Shown piece by piece: positions 16,360 through 23,530 of a DNA stretch of 23,530 bases (the first letter of the stretch is position 1; each line of letters begins with the position of its first letter). Source of the DNA: a virus; UHGV virus genome UHGV-0262101. One strand, given 5' to 3'. A model generated the notes under the pieces. That model was not told the origin of the DNA. It was given only the letters and a program-made list of their open reading frames with translations, and searched no databases. A program made the position numbers and the translations under genes.

Positions 16360-16728
16360 ATGAGCAGAAAAACCCAACGTTACTCTAAAGAGTTCAAAGC
16401 CGAAGCTGTCAGAACGGTTCTTGAAAATCAACTTTCGATCAGTGAAGGCGCTTCCCGATTATCTCTTCCTGAAGGCACTTTAGGACAATGGGTTACCGCC
16501 GCCAGAAAAGGGCTCGGTACTCCTGGTTCCCGCACGGTGGCTGAACTGGAATCTGAAATTCTGCAACTGCGTAAGGCGTTAAATGAAGCTCGCCTTGAGC
16601 GAGATATATTAAAAAAAGCAACTGTAGATTCAATTGGTCAACGCAACAGTTATGTGAAAACATGGGGTTGCGGAGGTTTTTTGAATGAGACGAACATTTA
16701 CAGCAGAGGAAAAAGCCTCTGTTTTTGA
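16360..16728 (+). pseudogene. IS600-like OrfA with C-terminus replaced by read-through into IS30
   Basis: The OrfA frame is native up to about codon 87 (...RDILKKAT) and the A7G frameshift motif is at 16611-16618. After the IS30 junction at 16623 the ORF reads IS30 end sequence. Confidence 0.7.
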
Positions 16729-17843
16729 ACTATGGAAGAACGGAACAGGCTTCAGTGAAATAGCGAATATCCTGGGTTCAAAACCCGGAACGATCTTCAC
16801 TATGTTAAGGGATACTGGCGGCATAAAACCCCATGAGCGTAAGCGGGCTGTAGCTCACCTGACACTGTCTGAGCGCGAGGAGATACGAGCTGGTTTGTCA
16901 GCCAAAATGAGCATTCGTGCGATAGCTACTGCGCTGAATCGCAGTCCTTCGACGATCTCACGTGAAGTTCAGCGTAATCGGGGCAGACGCTATTACAAAG
17001 CTGTTGATGCTAATAACCGAGCCAACAGAATGGCGAAAAGGCCAAAACCGTGCTTACTGGATCAAAATTTGCCATTGCGAAAGCTTGTTCTGGAAAAGCT
17101 GGAGATGAAATGGTCTCCAGAGCAAATATCAGGATGGTTAAGGCGAACAAAACCACGTCAAAAAACGCTGCGAATATCACCTGAGACAATTTATAAAACG
17201 CTGTACTTTCGTAGCCGTGAAGCGCTACACCACCTGAATATACAGCATCTGCGACGGTCGCATAGCCTTCGCCATGGCAGGCGTCATACCCGCAAAGGCG
17301 AAAGAGGTACGATTAACATAGTGAACGGAACACCAATTCACGAACGTTCCCGAAATATCGATAACAGACGCTCTCTGGGGCATTGGGAGGGCGATTTAGT
17401 CTCAGGTACAAAAAACTCTCATATAGCCACACTTGTAGACCGAAAATCACGTTATACGATCATCCTTAGACTCAGGGGCAAAGATTCTGTCTCAGTAAAT
17501 CAGGCTCTTACCGACAAATTCCTGAGTTTACCGTCAGAACTCAGAAAATCACTGACATGGGACAGAGGAATGGAACTGGCCAGACATCTAGAATTTACTG
17601 TCAGCACCGGCGTTAAAGTTTACTTCTGCGATCCTCAGAGTCCTTGGCAGCGGGGAACAAATGAGAACACAAATGGGCTAATTCGGCAGTACTTTCCTAA
17701 AAAGACATGTCTTGCCCAATATACTCAACATGAACTAGATCTGGTTGCTGCTCAGCTAAACAACAGACCGAGAAAGACACTGAAGTTCAAAACACCGAAA
17801 GAGATAATTGAAAGGGGTGTTGCATTGACAGATTGAATCTACA
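16623..17843 (+). mobile_element. IS30, complete
   Basis: 1221 bp from tgtagattcaattggtcaacgcaac to gttgcattgacagattgaatctaca (26-bp imperfect IRs), flanked by 2-bp direct repeat AC (16621-16622 and 17844-17845). Confidence 0.9.
16685..17836 (+). CDS. insI: IS30 transposase
   Basis: 383-aa ORF with N-terminal HTH and DDE-type catalytic region; size and sequence match IS30 transposase as recalled. Confidence 0.9.
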   Translation: MRRTFTAEEKASVFELWKNGTGFSEIANILGSKPGTIFTMLRDTGGIKPHERKRAVAHLTLSEREEIRAGLSAKMSIRAIATALNRSPSTISREVQRNRGRRYYKAVDANNRANRMAKRPKPCLLDQNLPLRKLVLEKLEMKWSPEQISGWLRRTKPRQKTLRISPETIYKTLYFRSREALHHLNIQHLRRSHSLRHGRRHTRKGERGTINIVNGTPIHERSRNIDNRRSLGHWEGDLVSGTKNSHIATLVDRKSRYTIILRLRGKDSVSVNQALTDKFLSLPSELRKSLTWDRGMELARHLEFTVSTGVKVYFCDPQSPWQRGTNENTNGLIRQYFPKKTCLAQYTQHELDLVAAQLNNRPRKTLKFKTPKEIIERGVALTD

Positions 17844-17920
17844 ACAGCGTATTTTGCACAGGAGTCGCTGAAAAATACGCGTTAATCGAACAATGGCGAC
17901 AACAATTTCCCATTGAAGCG

Positions 17921-18739
17921 ATGTGTCAGGTATTTGGTGTATCCAGGAGCGGTTATTACAACTGGGTACAGCATGAACCCTCAGACAGAAAACAAAGTGA
18001 TGAGCGGCTAAAACTGGAGATTAAGGTGGCACATATCCGCACTCGCGAAACATATGGAACCCGGCGGCTCCAGACGGAGCTGGCAGAGAATGGCATCATC
18101 GTTGGTCGTGACCGACTGGCACGTCTTCGTAAGGAGCTAAGGCTACGCTGTAAGCAGAAACGCAAGTTCAGAGCGACTACGAACTCGAACCACAATCTGC
18201 CAGTTGCGCCAAATCTGCTGAACCAGACGTTCGCTCCTACAGCACCAAATCAGGTCTGGGTGGCGGACCTGACGTATGTTGCCACACAGGAGGGATGGTT
18301 GTACCTCGCTGGCATCAAAGATGTTTATACGTGCGAAATTGTCGGCTACGCCATGGGAGAGCGCATGACAAAAGAGCTGACAGGTAAAGCCCTGTTTATG
18401 GCGCTCAGGAGCCAGCGCCCACCTGCCGGGCTAATCCACCACTCTGATCGAGGTTCACAGTACTGCGCATACGATTACCGGGTCATACAGGAGCAGTTTG
18501 GTCTGAAAACATCAATGTCGCGTAAAGGTAACTGTTACGACAACGCTCCGATGGAAAGCTTCTGGGGAACGCTGAAAAATGAGAGCCTGAGCCACTATCG
18601 TTTTAATAACCGGGATGAAGCCATCTCAGTAATACGGGAATACATTGAGATTTTCTACAATCGTCAGCGTCGTCACTCTCGTCTGGGGAATATCTCCCCG
18701 GCAGCCTTCAGGGAAAAATATCATCAGATGGCTGCTTAA
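17921..18739 (+). CDS. IS600-like OrfB (IS3-family integrase-core domain), uncoupled from OrfA
   Basis: 272-aa ORF with rve-type DDE core (WVADLTYV...HSDRGSQY...NAPMESFWGTLK). It is separated from the frameshift site by the 1.2-kb IS30, so the OrfAB fusion cannot be made. Confidence 0.8.
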   Translation: MCQVFGVSRSGYYNWVQHEPSDRKQSDERLKLEIKVAHIRTRETYGTRRLQTELAENGIIVGRDRLARLRKELRLRCKQKRKFRATTNSNHNLPVAPNLLNQTFAPTAPNQVWVADLTYVATQEGWLYLAGIKDVYTCEIVGYAMGERMTKELTGKALFMALRSQRPPAGLIHHSDRGSQYCAYDYRVIQEQFGLKTSMSRKGNCYDNAPMESFWGTLKNESLSHYRFNNRDEAISVIREYIEIFYNRQRRHSRLGNISPAAFREKYHQMAA

Positions 18740-18814
18740 AAAAAGAACAAATGGTAGTGTCCGCTATTGCCAGTACACCTCAGTATGACCATCTACATCA
18801 CTGAGCTAATAACT

Positions 18815-18845
18815 GGCCTGCTGGTAATCGCAGGCCTTTTTATTT
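18815..18845 (+). terminator. Intrinsic terminator upstream of ninB
   Basis: ggcctgc-N8-gcaggcc hairpin (18815-18836) followed by ttttattt. Confidence 0.6.
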
Positions 18846-18861
18846 GGGGGAGAGGGAAGTC

Positions 18862-19302
18862 ATGAAAAAACTAACCTTTGAAATTCGATCTCCATCACAT
18901 CAGCAAAACGCTATTCACGCAGTACAGCAAATCCTTCCAGACCCAACCAAACCAATCGTAGTAATCATTCAGGAGCGCAACCGCAGCTTAGACCAGAATC
19001 GAAAGCTTTGGGCTTGCCTTGGTGACGTCTCGCGTCAGGTTGAATGGCATGGTCGCTGGCTGGATGCAGAAAGCTGGAAGTGTGTGTTTACCGCAGCATT
19101 AAAGCAGCAGGATGTTGTTCCTAACCTTGCCGGGAATGGCTTTGTGGTAATAGGCCAGTCAACCAGCAGGATGCGTGTAAGCGAATTTGCGGAGCTATTA
19201 GAGCTTATACAGGCATTCGGTACAGAGCGTGGCGTTAAGTGGTCGGACGAAGCGCGACTGGCTCTCGAATGGAAAGCGCGATGGGGAGACAGGGCTGCAT
19301 GA
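18862..19302 (+). CDS. ninB: NinB (Orf) recombination protein
   Basis: 146 aa from ATG 18862 (MKKLTFEIRSP...); essentially matches lambda NinB as recalled. The track ORF starts 6 codons earlier. Confidence 0.85.
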   Translation: MKKLTFEIRSPSHQQNAIHAVQQILPDPTKPIVVIIQERNRSLDQNRKLWACLGDVSRQVEWHGRWLDAESWKCVFTAALKQQDVVPNLAGNGFVVIGQSTSRMRVSEFAELLELIQAFGTERGVKWSDEARLALEWKARWGDRAA

Positions 19303-20144
19303 TAAATGTCGTTAGTTTCTCCGGTGGCAGGACGTCAGCATATTTGCTCTGGCTAATGGAGCAAAAGCGACAGGCAGGTGAAGACGTGCATTACGTTTTC
19401 ATGGATACAGGGGCAGAGCACCCTAAAACATATGAGTTCATCCGAAATATCGTCAGTAACTGGAAAATAGACTTACATTGCCTTCGTGTAATACCTAATC
19501 AAGAAATGGGGAAGGCCAGTAGTTATGAAGAGATAGGTGTCAATGATATTGGTCCAGATCTTATACCGTGGAAAAGGATGTTGAATAAATACGGACATCC
19601 ATATATCGGCGGTGCGTTCTGTACCGACAGAATGAAGTCTGTTCCATTCACCAAATATTGTCAGGAAAAGTTTGGGAAAGGAAATTACATCACATGGCTT
19701 GGCATTCGCACAGATGAACCAAACAGGCTTAAAAGGGCTAATGGTTTTCGGTACCTGGCTGATATAAGCGATTTTGAAAAACAGGATGTGCTTGATTGGT
19801 GGAGTGGGCAGAAGTTTGATCTTGGCATACAGGAGCATCTTGGTAATTGTGTTTTCTGCATAAAAAAAAGTATGCAAAAGGTGGCGCTGGCAGCCATGGA
19901 TGAGCCAGAACTTGCAGATGCATTTATCAACATCCTTGATACAGAAATAAAAACAGGAAAGGAACCGGTTATGTATCGAGGGAATAATACACTTAAATCA
20001 CTGATTGCCTTGTTTAGTGATATATCAAGAGATGAGTTAGCCTCAAGAATGACATCAATGCGACAGTATGATTCAGGTTCGTGTTCTGAATCATGTGAAG
20101 CATTTTCATGTCAGCTTGGATTTAATTTTGAGGATGCGGCATGA
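19269..20144 (+). CDS. ninC: NinC-like protein (PAPS-reductase fold)
   Basis: [16 protein letters not shown] is a PP-loop-like motif; size matches lambda NinC. The start could be ATG 19269 or ATG 19299, the latter overlapping the ninB stop as ATGA. Confidence 0.7.
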   Translation: MESAMGRQGCMINVVSFSGGRTSAYLLWLMEQKRQAGEDVHYVFMDTGAEHPKTYEFIRNIVSNWKIDLHCLRVIPNQEMGKASSYEEIGVNDIGPDLIPWKRMLNKYGHPYIGGAFCTDRMKSVPFTKYCQEKFGKGNYITWLGIRTDEPNRLKRANGFRYLADISDFEKQDVLDWWSGQKFDLGIQEHLGNCVFCIKKSMQKVALAAMDEPELADAFINILDTEIKTGKEPVMYRGNNTLKSLIALFSDISRDELASRMTSMRQYDSGSCSESCEAFSCQLGFNFEDAA

Positions 20145-20317
20145 GACGACAGCGACGAAGTATCACCGACATCATCTGCGAAAACTGCAAATACCTTCCA
20201 ACGAAACGCTCCAGAAATAAACGCAAGCCAATCCCAAAAGAATCTGACGTAAAAACCTTCAACTACACGGCTCACCTGTGGGATATCCGGTGGCTAAGAC
20301 ATCGTGCGAGGAAATGA
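20141..20317 (+). CDS. ninD: NinD-like small protein (58 aa), not in the ORF track
   Basis: Manual translation [61 protein letters not shown] overlaps the ninC stop (ATGA). Size and position match lambda ninD. Confidence 0.55.
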   Translation: MRRQRRSITDIICENCKYLPTKRSRNKRKPIPKESDVKTFNYTAHLWDIRWLRHRARK

Positions 20318-20679
20318 CAATGGATTATTCACAGTTAAGTGATTTTGAAATTAACGTGGCGGTATTCGAAGCCATTCATAACGGATCACCGGATTACAAA
20401 GAAGGTGAGAATGGCGATATGGTGTTTGTCTCATTTGAGGGAGACATTGTAAACGGAGACGCAGTTGAAGTAGAAGTTGAGCGCGGATCCTTTAACCCAT
20501 GCGCAAACCCAGCAGACGCATGGCCGATTATTGAAAAATACAGGATTAGCATTATCAATCTCGATGAAGACGAGTGGGGTGCACGCGGTGTGGCCTACTG
20601 TAAATCTAAGCGAGCTATACATGAAAATCCCCTCCGCGCCGCCATGATTGTCTTTCTCATGATGCAGAGAATCCAATAA
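20314..20679 (+). CDS. Hypothetical acidic protein (about 121 aa) in the ninE position
   Basis: Track ORF 20278..20679 begins with GTG; the first ATG at 20314 overlaps the ninD stop (ATGA). Twice the size of lambda NinE. No homology recognised. Confidence 0.6.
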   Translation: MTMDYSQLSDFEINVAVFEAIHNGSPDYKEGENGDMVFVSFEGDIVNGDAVEVEVERGSFNPCANPADAWPIIEKYRISIINLDEDEWGARGVAYCKSKRAIHENPLRAAMIVFLMMQRIQ

Positions 20680-20855
20680 TGCTTAGCCCATCCCAATCCC
20701 TTCAATACCAGAAAGAAAGCGTCGAGCGGGCTTTAACGTGCGCTAACTGCGGTCAGAAGCTGCATGTGCTGGAAGTTCACGTGTGTGAGCACTGCTGTGC
20801 AGAACTGATGAGCGATCCGAATAGCTCAATGTACGAGGAAGAAGACGATGGCTAA
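20679..20855 (+). CDS. ninF: NinF-like small Cys-rich protein (58 aa), not in the ORF track
   Basis: Manual translation [63 protein letters not shown] overlap with the upstream gene; stop overlaps the ninG start. Confidence 0.55.
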   Translation: MLSPSQSLQYQKESVERALTCANCGQKLHVLEVHVCEHCCAELMSDPNSSMYEEEDDG

Positions 20856-21459
20856 ACCAGCGCGAAGACGATGTAAAAACGATGAATGTCGGGAATGGTT
20901 TCACCCTGCATTCGCTAATCAGTGGTGGTGCTCTCCAGAGTGTGGAACCAAGATAGCACTCGAACGACGAAGTAAAGAACGCGAAAAAGCGGAAAAAGCA
21001 GCAGAGAAGAAACGACGACGAGAGGATCAGAAACAGAAAGATAAACTTAAGATTCGAAAACTCGCCTTAAAGCCCCGCAGTTACTGGATTAAACAAGCCC
21101 AACAAGCCGTAAACGCCTTCATCAGAGAAAGAGACCGCGACTTACCATGTATCTCGTGCGGAACGCTCACGTCTGCTCAGTGGGATGCCGGACATTACCG
21201 GACAACTGCTGCGGCACCTCAACTCCGATTTGATGAGCGCAATATTCACAAGCAATGCGTGGTGTGCAACCAGCACAAAAGCGGAAATCTCGTTCCGTAT
21301 CGCGTCGAACTGATTAGCCGCATCGGGCAGGAAGCAGTAGACGAAATCGAATCAAACCATAACCGCCATCGCTGGACTATCGAAGAGTGCAAGGCGATCA
21401 AGGCGGAGTATCAGCAGAAACTCAAAGACCTGCGAAATAGCAGAAGTGAGGCCGCATGA
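20848..21459 (+). CDS. ninG: NinG (Rap) recombination-associated endonuclease
   Basis: 203 aa, Cys-rich N-terminus ([10 protein letters not shown]...CSPECG) and conserved [12 protein letters not shown] region. Matches lambda NinG as recalled. Confidence 0.85.
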   Translation: MAKPARRRCKNDECREWFHPAFANQWWCSPECGTKIALERRSKEREKAEKAAEKKRRREDQKQKDKLKIRKLALKPRSYWIKQAQQAVNAFIRERDRDLPCISCGTLTSAQWDAGHYRTTAAAPQLRFDERNIHKQCVVCNQHKSGNLVPYRVELISRIGQEAVDEIESNHNRHRWTIEECKAIKAEYQQKLKDLRNSRSEAA

Positions 21460-21662
21460 CGTTCTCAGTAAAAACCATTCCAGACATGCTCGTTGAAGCA
21501 TACGGAAACCAGACAGAAGTAGCACGCAGACTGAAATGTAGTCGCGGTACGGTCAGAAAATACGTTGATGATAAAGACGGGAAAATGCACGCCATCGTCA
21601 ACGACGTTCTCATGGTTCATCGCGGATGGAGTGAAAGAGATGCGCTATTACGAAAAAATTGA
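21456..21662 (+). CDS. ninH: NinH
   Basis: 68 aa, [37 protein letters not shown] (HTH-like). Position and size match lambda ninH. Confidence 0.75.
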   Translation: MTFSVKTIPDMLVEAYGNQTEVARRLKCSRGTVRKYVDDKDGKMHAIVNDVLMVHRGWSERDALLRKN

Positions 21663-22305
21663 TGGCAGCAAATACCGAAATATTTGGGTAGTTGGCGATC
21701 TGCACGGATGCTACACGAACCTGATGAAAAAACTGAAGACGATAGGATTCGACACCAAAAAAGACCTGCTTATCTCGGTTGGCGATTTGGTCGATCGCGG
21801 TACAGAGAACGTCGAATGTCTGGAATTAATCACATTCCCCTGGTTCAGAGCTGTACGTGGAAACCATGAGCAAATGATGATTGATGGCTTATCAGAGCGT
21901 GGAAACGTTAATCACTGGCTGCTTAATGGCGGTGGCTGGTTCTTTAATCTCGATTACGACAAAGAAATTCTGGCTAAAGCTCTTGCCCATAAAGCAGATG
22001 AACTTCCGTTAATCATCGAACTGGTGAGCAAAGATAAAAAATATGTCATCTGCCACGCCGATTATCCTTGTGACGAATACGAGTTTGGAAAGCCAGTTGA
22101 TCATCAGCAGGTAATCTGGAACCGCGAACGAATCAGCAACTCACAAGACGGGATCGTGAAAGAAATCAAAGGCGCGGACACGTTCATCTTTGGTCATACG
22201 CCAGCAGTGAAACCACTCAAGTTTGCCAACCAGATGTATATCGATACCGGCGCAGTGTTCTGCGGAAACCTCACATTGATTCAGGTACAGGGAGAAGGCG
22301 CATGA
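21640..22305 (+). CDS. ninI: Ser/Thr protein phosphatase (lambda phosphatase NinI type)
   Basis: Internal ATG 21640 of track [27 protein letters not shown]...GDLVDRG...RGNHE are metallophosphatase motifs; 221 aa as in lambda. Confidence 0.9.
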   Translation: MRYYEKIDGSKYRNIWVVGDLHGCYTNLMKKLKTIGFDTKKDLLISVGDLVDRGTENVECLELITFPWFRAVRGNHEQMMIDGLSERGNVNHWLLNGGGWFFNLDYDKEILAKALAHKADELPLIIELVSKDKKYVICHADYPCDEYEFGKPVDHQQVIWNRERISNSQDGIVKEIKGADTFIFGHTPAVKPLKFANQMYIDTGAVFCGNLTLIQVQGEGA

Positions 22306-22925
22306 GACTCGAAAGCGTAGCTAAATTTCATTCGCCAAAAAGCCCGATGATGAGCGACTCACCACGGGCCACGGCTTCTGACTCTCTTTCCGGTACTGAT
22401 GTGATGGCTGCTATGGGGATGGCGCAATCACAAGCCGGATTCGGTATGGCTGCATTCTGCGGTAAGCACGAACTCAGCCAGAACGACAAACAAAAGGCTA
22501 TCAACTATCTGATGCAATTTGCACACAAGGTATCGGGGAAATACCGTGGTGTGGCAAAGCTTGAAGGAAATACTAAGGCAAAGGTACTGCAAGTGCTCGC
22601 AACATTCGCTTATGCGGATTATTGCCGTAGTGCCGCGACGCCGGGGGCAAGATGCAGAGATTGCCACGGTACAGGCCGTGCGGTTGATATTGCCAAAACA
22701 GAGCTGTGGGGGAGAGTTGTCGAGAAAGAGTGCGGAAGATGCAAAGGCGTCGGCTATTCAAGGATGCCAGCAAGCGCAGCATATCGCGCTGTGACGATGC
22801 TAATCCCAAACCTTACCCAACCCACCTGGTCACGCACTGTTAAGCCGCTGTATGACGCTCTGGTGGTGCAATGCCACAAAGAAGAGTCAATCGCAGACAA
22901 CATTTTGAATGCGGTCACACGTTAG
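22302..22925 (+). CDS. Q: Late-gene antiterminator Q (lambda type)
   Basis: 207 aa, Cys-rich zinc-binding region (CRDCHGTGR...CGRCKGVGY). Matches lambda Q as recalled. ATGA overlap with ninI. Confidence 0.9.
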   Translation: MRLESVAKFHSPKSPMMSDSPRATASDSLSGTDVMAAMGMAQSQAGFGMAAFCGKHELSQNDKQKAINYLMQFAHKVSGKYRGVAKLEGNTKAKVLQVLATFAYADYCRSAATPGARCRDCHGTGRAVDIAKTELWGRVVEKECGRCKGVGYSRMPASAAYRAVTMLIPNLTQPTWSRTVKPLYDALVVQCHKEESIADNILNAVTR

Positions 22926-22967
22926 CAGCATGATTGCCACGGATGGCAACATATTAACGGCATGATA

Positions 22968-23003
22968 TTGACTTATTGAATAAAATTGGGTAAATTTGAC
23001 TCA
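22968..23003 (+). promoter_or_regulatory. Late promoter pR' with qut region
   Basis: -35 TTGACT (22968-22973), 17-nt spacer, -10 TAAATT (22991-22996); matches lambda pR' as recalled. Confidence 0.75.
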
Positions 23004-23197
23004 ACGATGGGTTAATTCGCTCGTTGTGGTAGTGAGATGAAAAGAGGCGGCGCTTACTACCGATTCCGCCTAGTTGGTCACTTCGACGTATCGTCTGGAA
23101 CTCCAACCATCGCAGGCAGAGAGGTCTGCAAAATGCAATCCCGAAACAGTTCGCAGGTAATAGTTAGAGCCTGCATAACGGTTTCGGGATTTTTTAT
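23003..23197 (+). ncRNA. 6S RNA (short pR' transcript ending at tR')
   Basis: Distance from the predicted pR' start to the end of the tR' U-tract is about 194 nt, as in lambda. Start coordinate is approximate. Confidence 0.55.
23139..23197 (+). terminator. tR' intrinsic terminator
   Basis: Stem tcccgaaac (23139-23147) pairs with gtttcggga (23181-23189), followed by ttttttat (23190-23197). Confidence 0.7.
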
Positions 23198-23530
23198 ATC
23201 TGCACAACAGGTAAGAGCATTGAGTCGATAATCGTGAAGAGTCGGCGAGCCTGGTTAGCCAGTGCTCTTTCCGTTGTGCTGAATTAAGCGAATACCGGAA
23301 GCAGAACCGGATCACCAAATGCGTACAGGCGTCATCGCCGCCCAGCAACAGCACAACCCAAACTGAGCCGTAGCCACTGTCTGTTCTGAATTCATTAGTA
23401 ATAGTTACGCTGCGGCCTTCTACACATGACCTTCGTGAAAGCGGATGGCAAGAGGCTGCGCTAACAACCTCCTGCCGTTTTGCCCGTGCATATCGGTCAC
23501 GAACAAATCTGATTACTAAACACAGTAGCC

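Larger units (their letters stand above)
16296..18782 (+). mobile_element. IS3-family element (IS600-like), interrupted by IS30
   Basis: Ends TGAGGTAGCC... and ...ACACCTCA (TG/CA termini, imperfect IRs), flanked by 3-bp direct repeat GTA (16293-16295 and 18783-18785). Length minus the IS30 and its 2-bp duplication is 1264 bp. OrfA begins MSRKTQRYSKEFKAEAV. Confidence 0.85.

Noticed and set aside
16360-16728. Track ORF 16360..16728 as an intact 122-aa protein
   Set aside because: The last roughly 35 codons are read from the IS30 terminal repeat and leader, not IS600. It is a chimeric read-through created by the nested insertion, so it is annotated as a disrupted orfA.
19473-19933. Minus-strand ORFs 19473..19877, 19685..19933 and 19738..19923 inside ninC
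   Set aside because: Antisense to the NinC-like gene, mutually overlapping and with no RBS.
22428-22809. ORFs 22428..22667 (-), 22519..22794 (+) and 22573..22809 (-) within Q
   Set aside because: Alternative frames or antisense of the Q gene, which matches lambda Q in frame 22302..22925.
23037-23354. ORFs 23037..23231 (+) and 23070..23354 (-) downstream of Q
   Set aside because: They overlap the pR' leader, 6S RNA and tR' terminator region, which is lambda-like non-coding sequence; no RBS.
23441-23478. Imperfect hairpin ggcaagagg...cctcctgcc followed by gtttt near the window end
   Set aside because: The stem has a mismatch and the T-run is short. Without the downstream gene context (lysis genes lie beyond the window) a function cannot be assigned.

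Overview
The window is a contiguous segment of a mosaic lambdoid temperate phage, in phage-form order (or a tandem-prophage junction). All homology calls are from recall of protein families and direct reading of the sequence; no database search was run. Layout, left to right: a P22-type tailspike gene (208-2586); about 800 bp of non-coding attP-like DNA with 2+3 arm-type direct repeats; a P4-family tyrosine integrase (+) with a convergent AlpA-type excisionase; a long minus-strand early-left operon (small ea-type genes, RecT/Gp157 recombination module, cIII-like gene, an AT-rich two-gene moron, lambda-type N with nutL); the immunity region (LexA-like CI with a coupled membrane-protein gene, non-lambda operators, Cro, nutR, CII); a replication module (O-like initiator with an internal iteron origin, DnaB-type helicase); an IS600-like IS3-family element split by an intact IS30; then a lambda-like nin region, Q, pR', 6S RNA and tR'. 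The best candidates for an undescribed system are the uncharacterised gene pair translationally coupled to N (10310-11467) and the CI-coupled membrane protein at the rexAB position (12187-12483); both are hypotheses about function, not demonstrated. No tRNA, rRNA or CRISPR array was seen.
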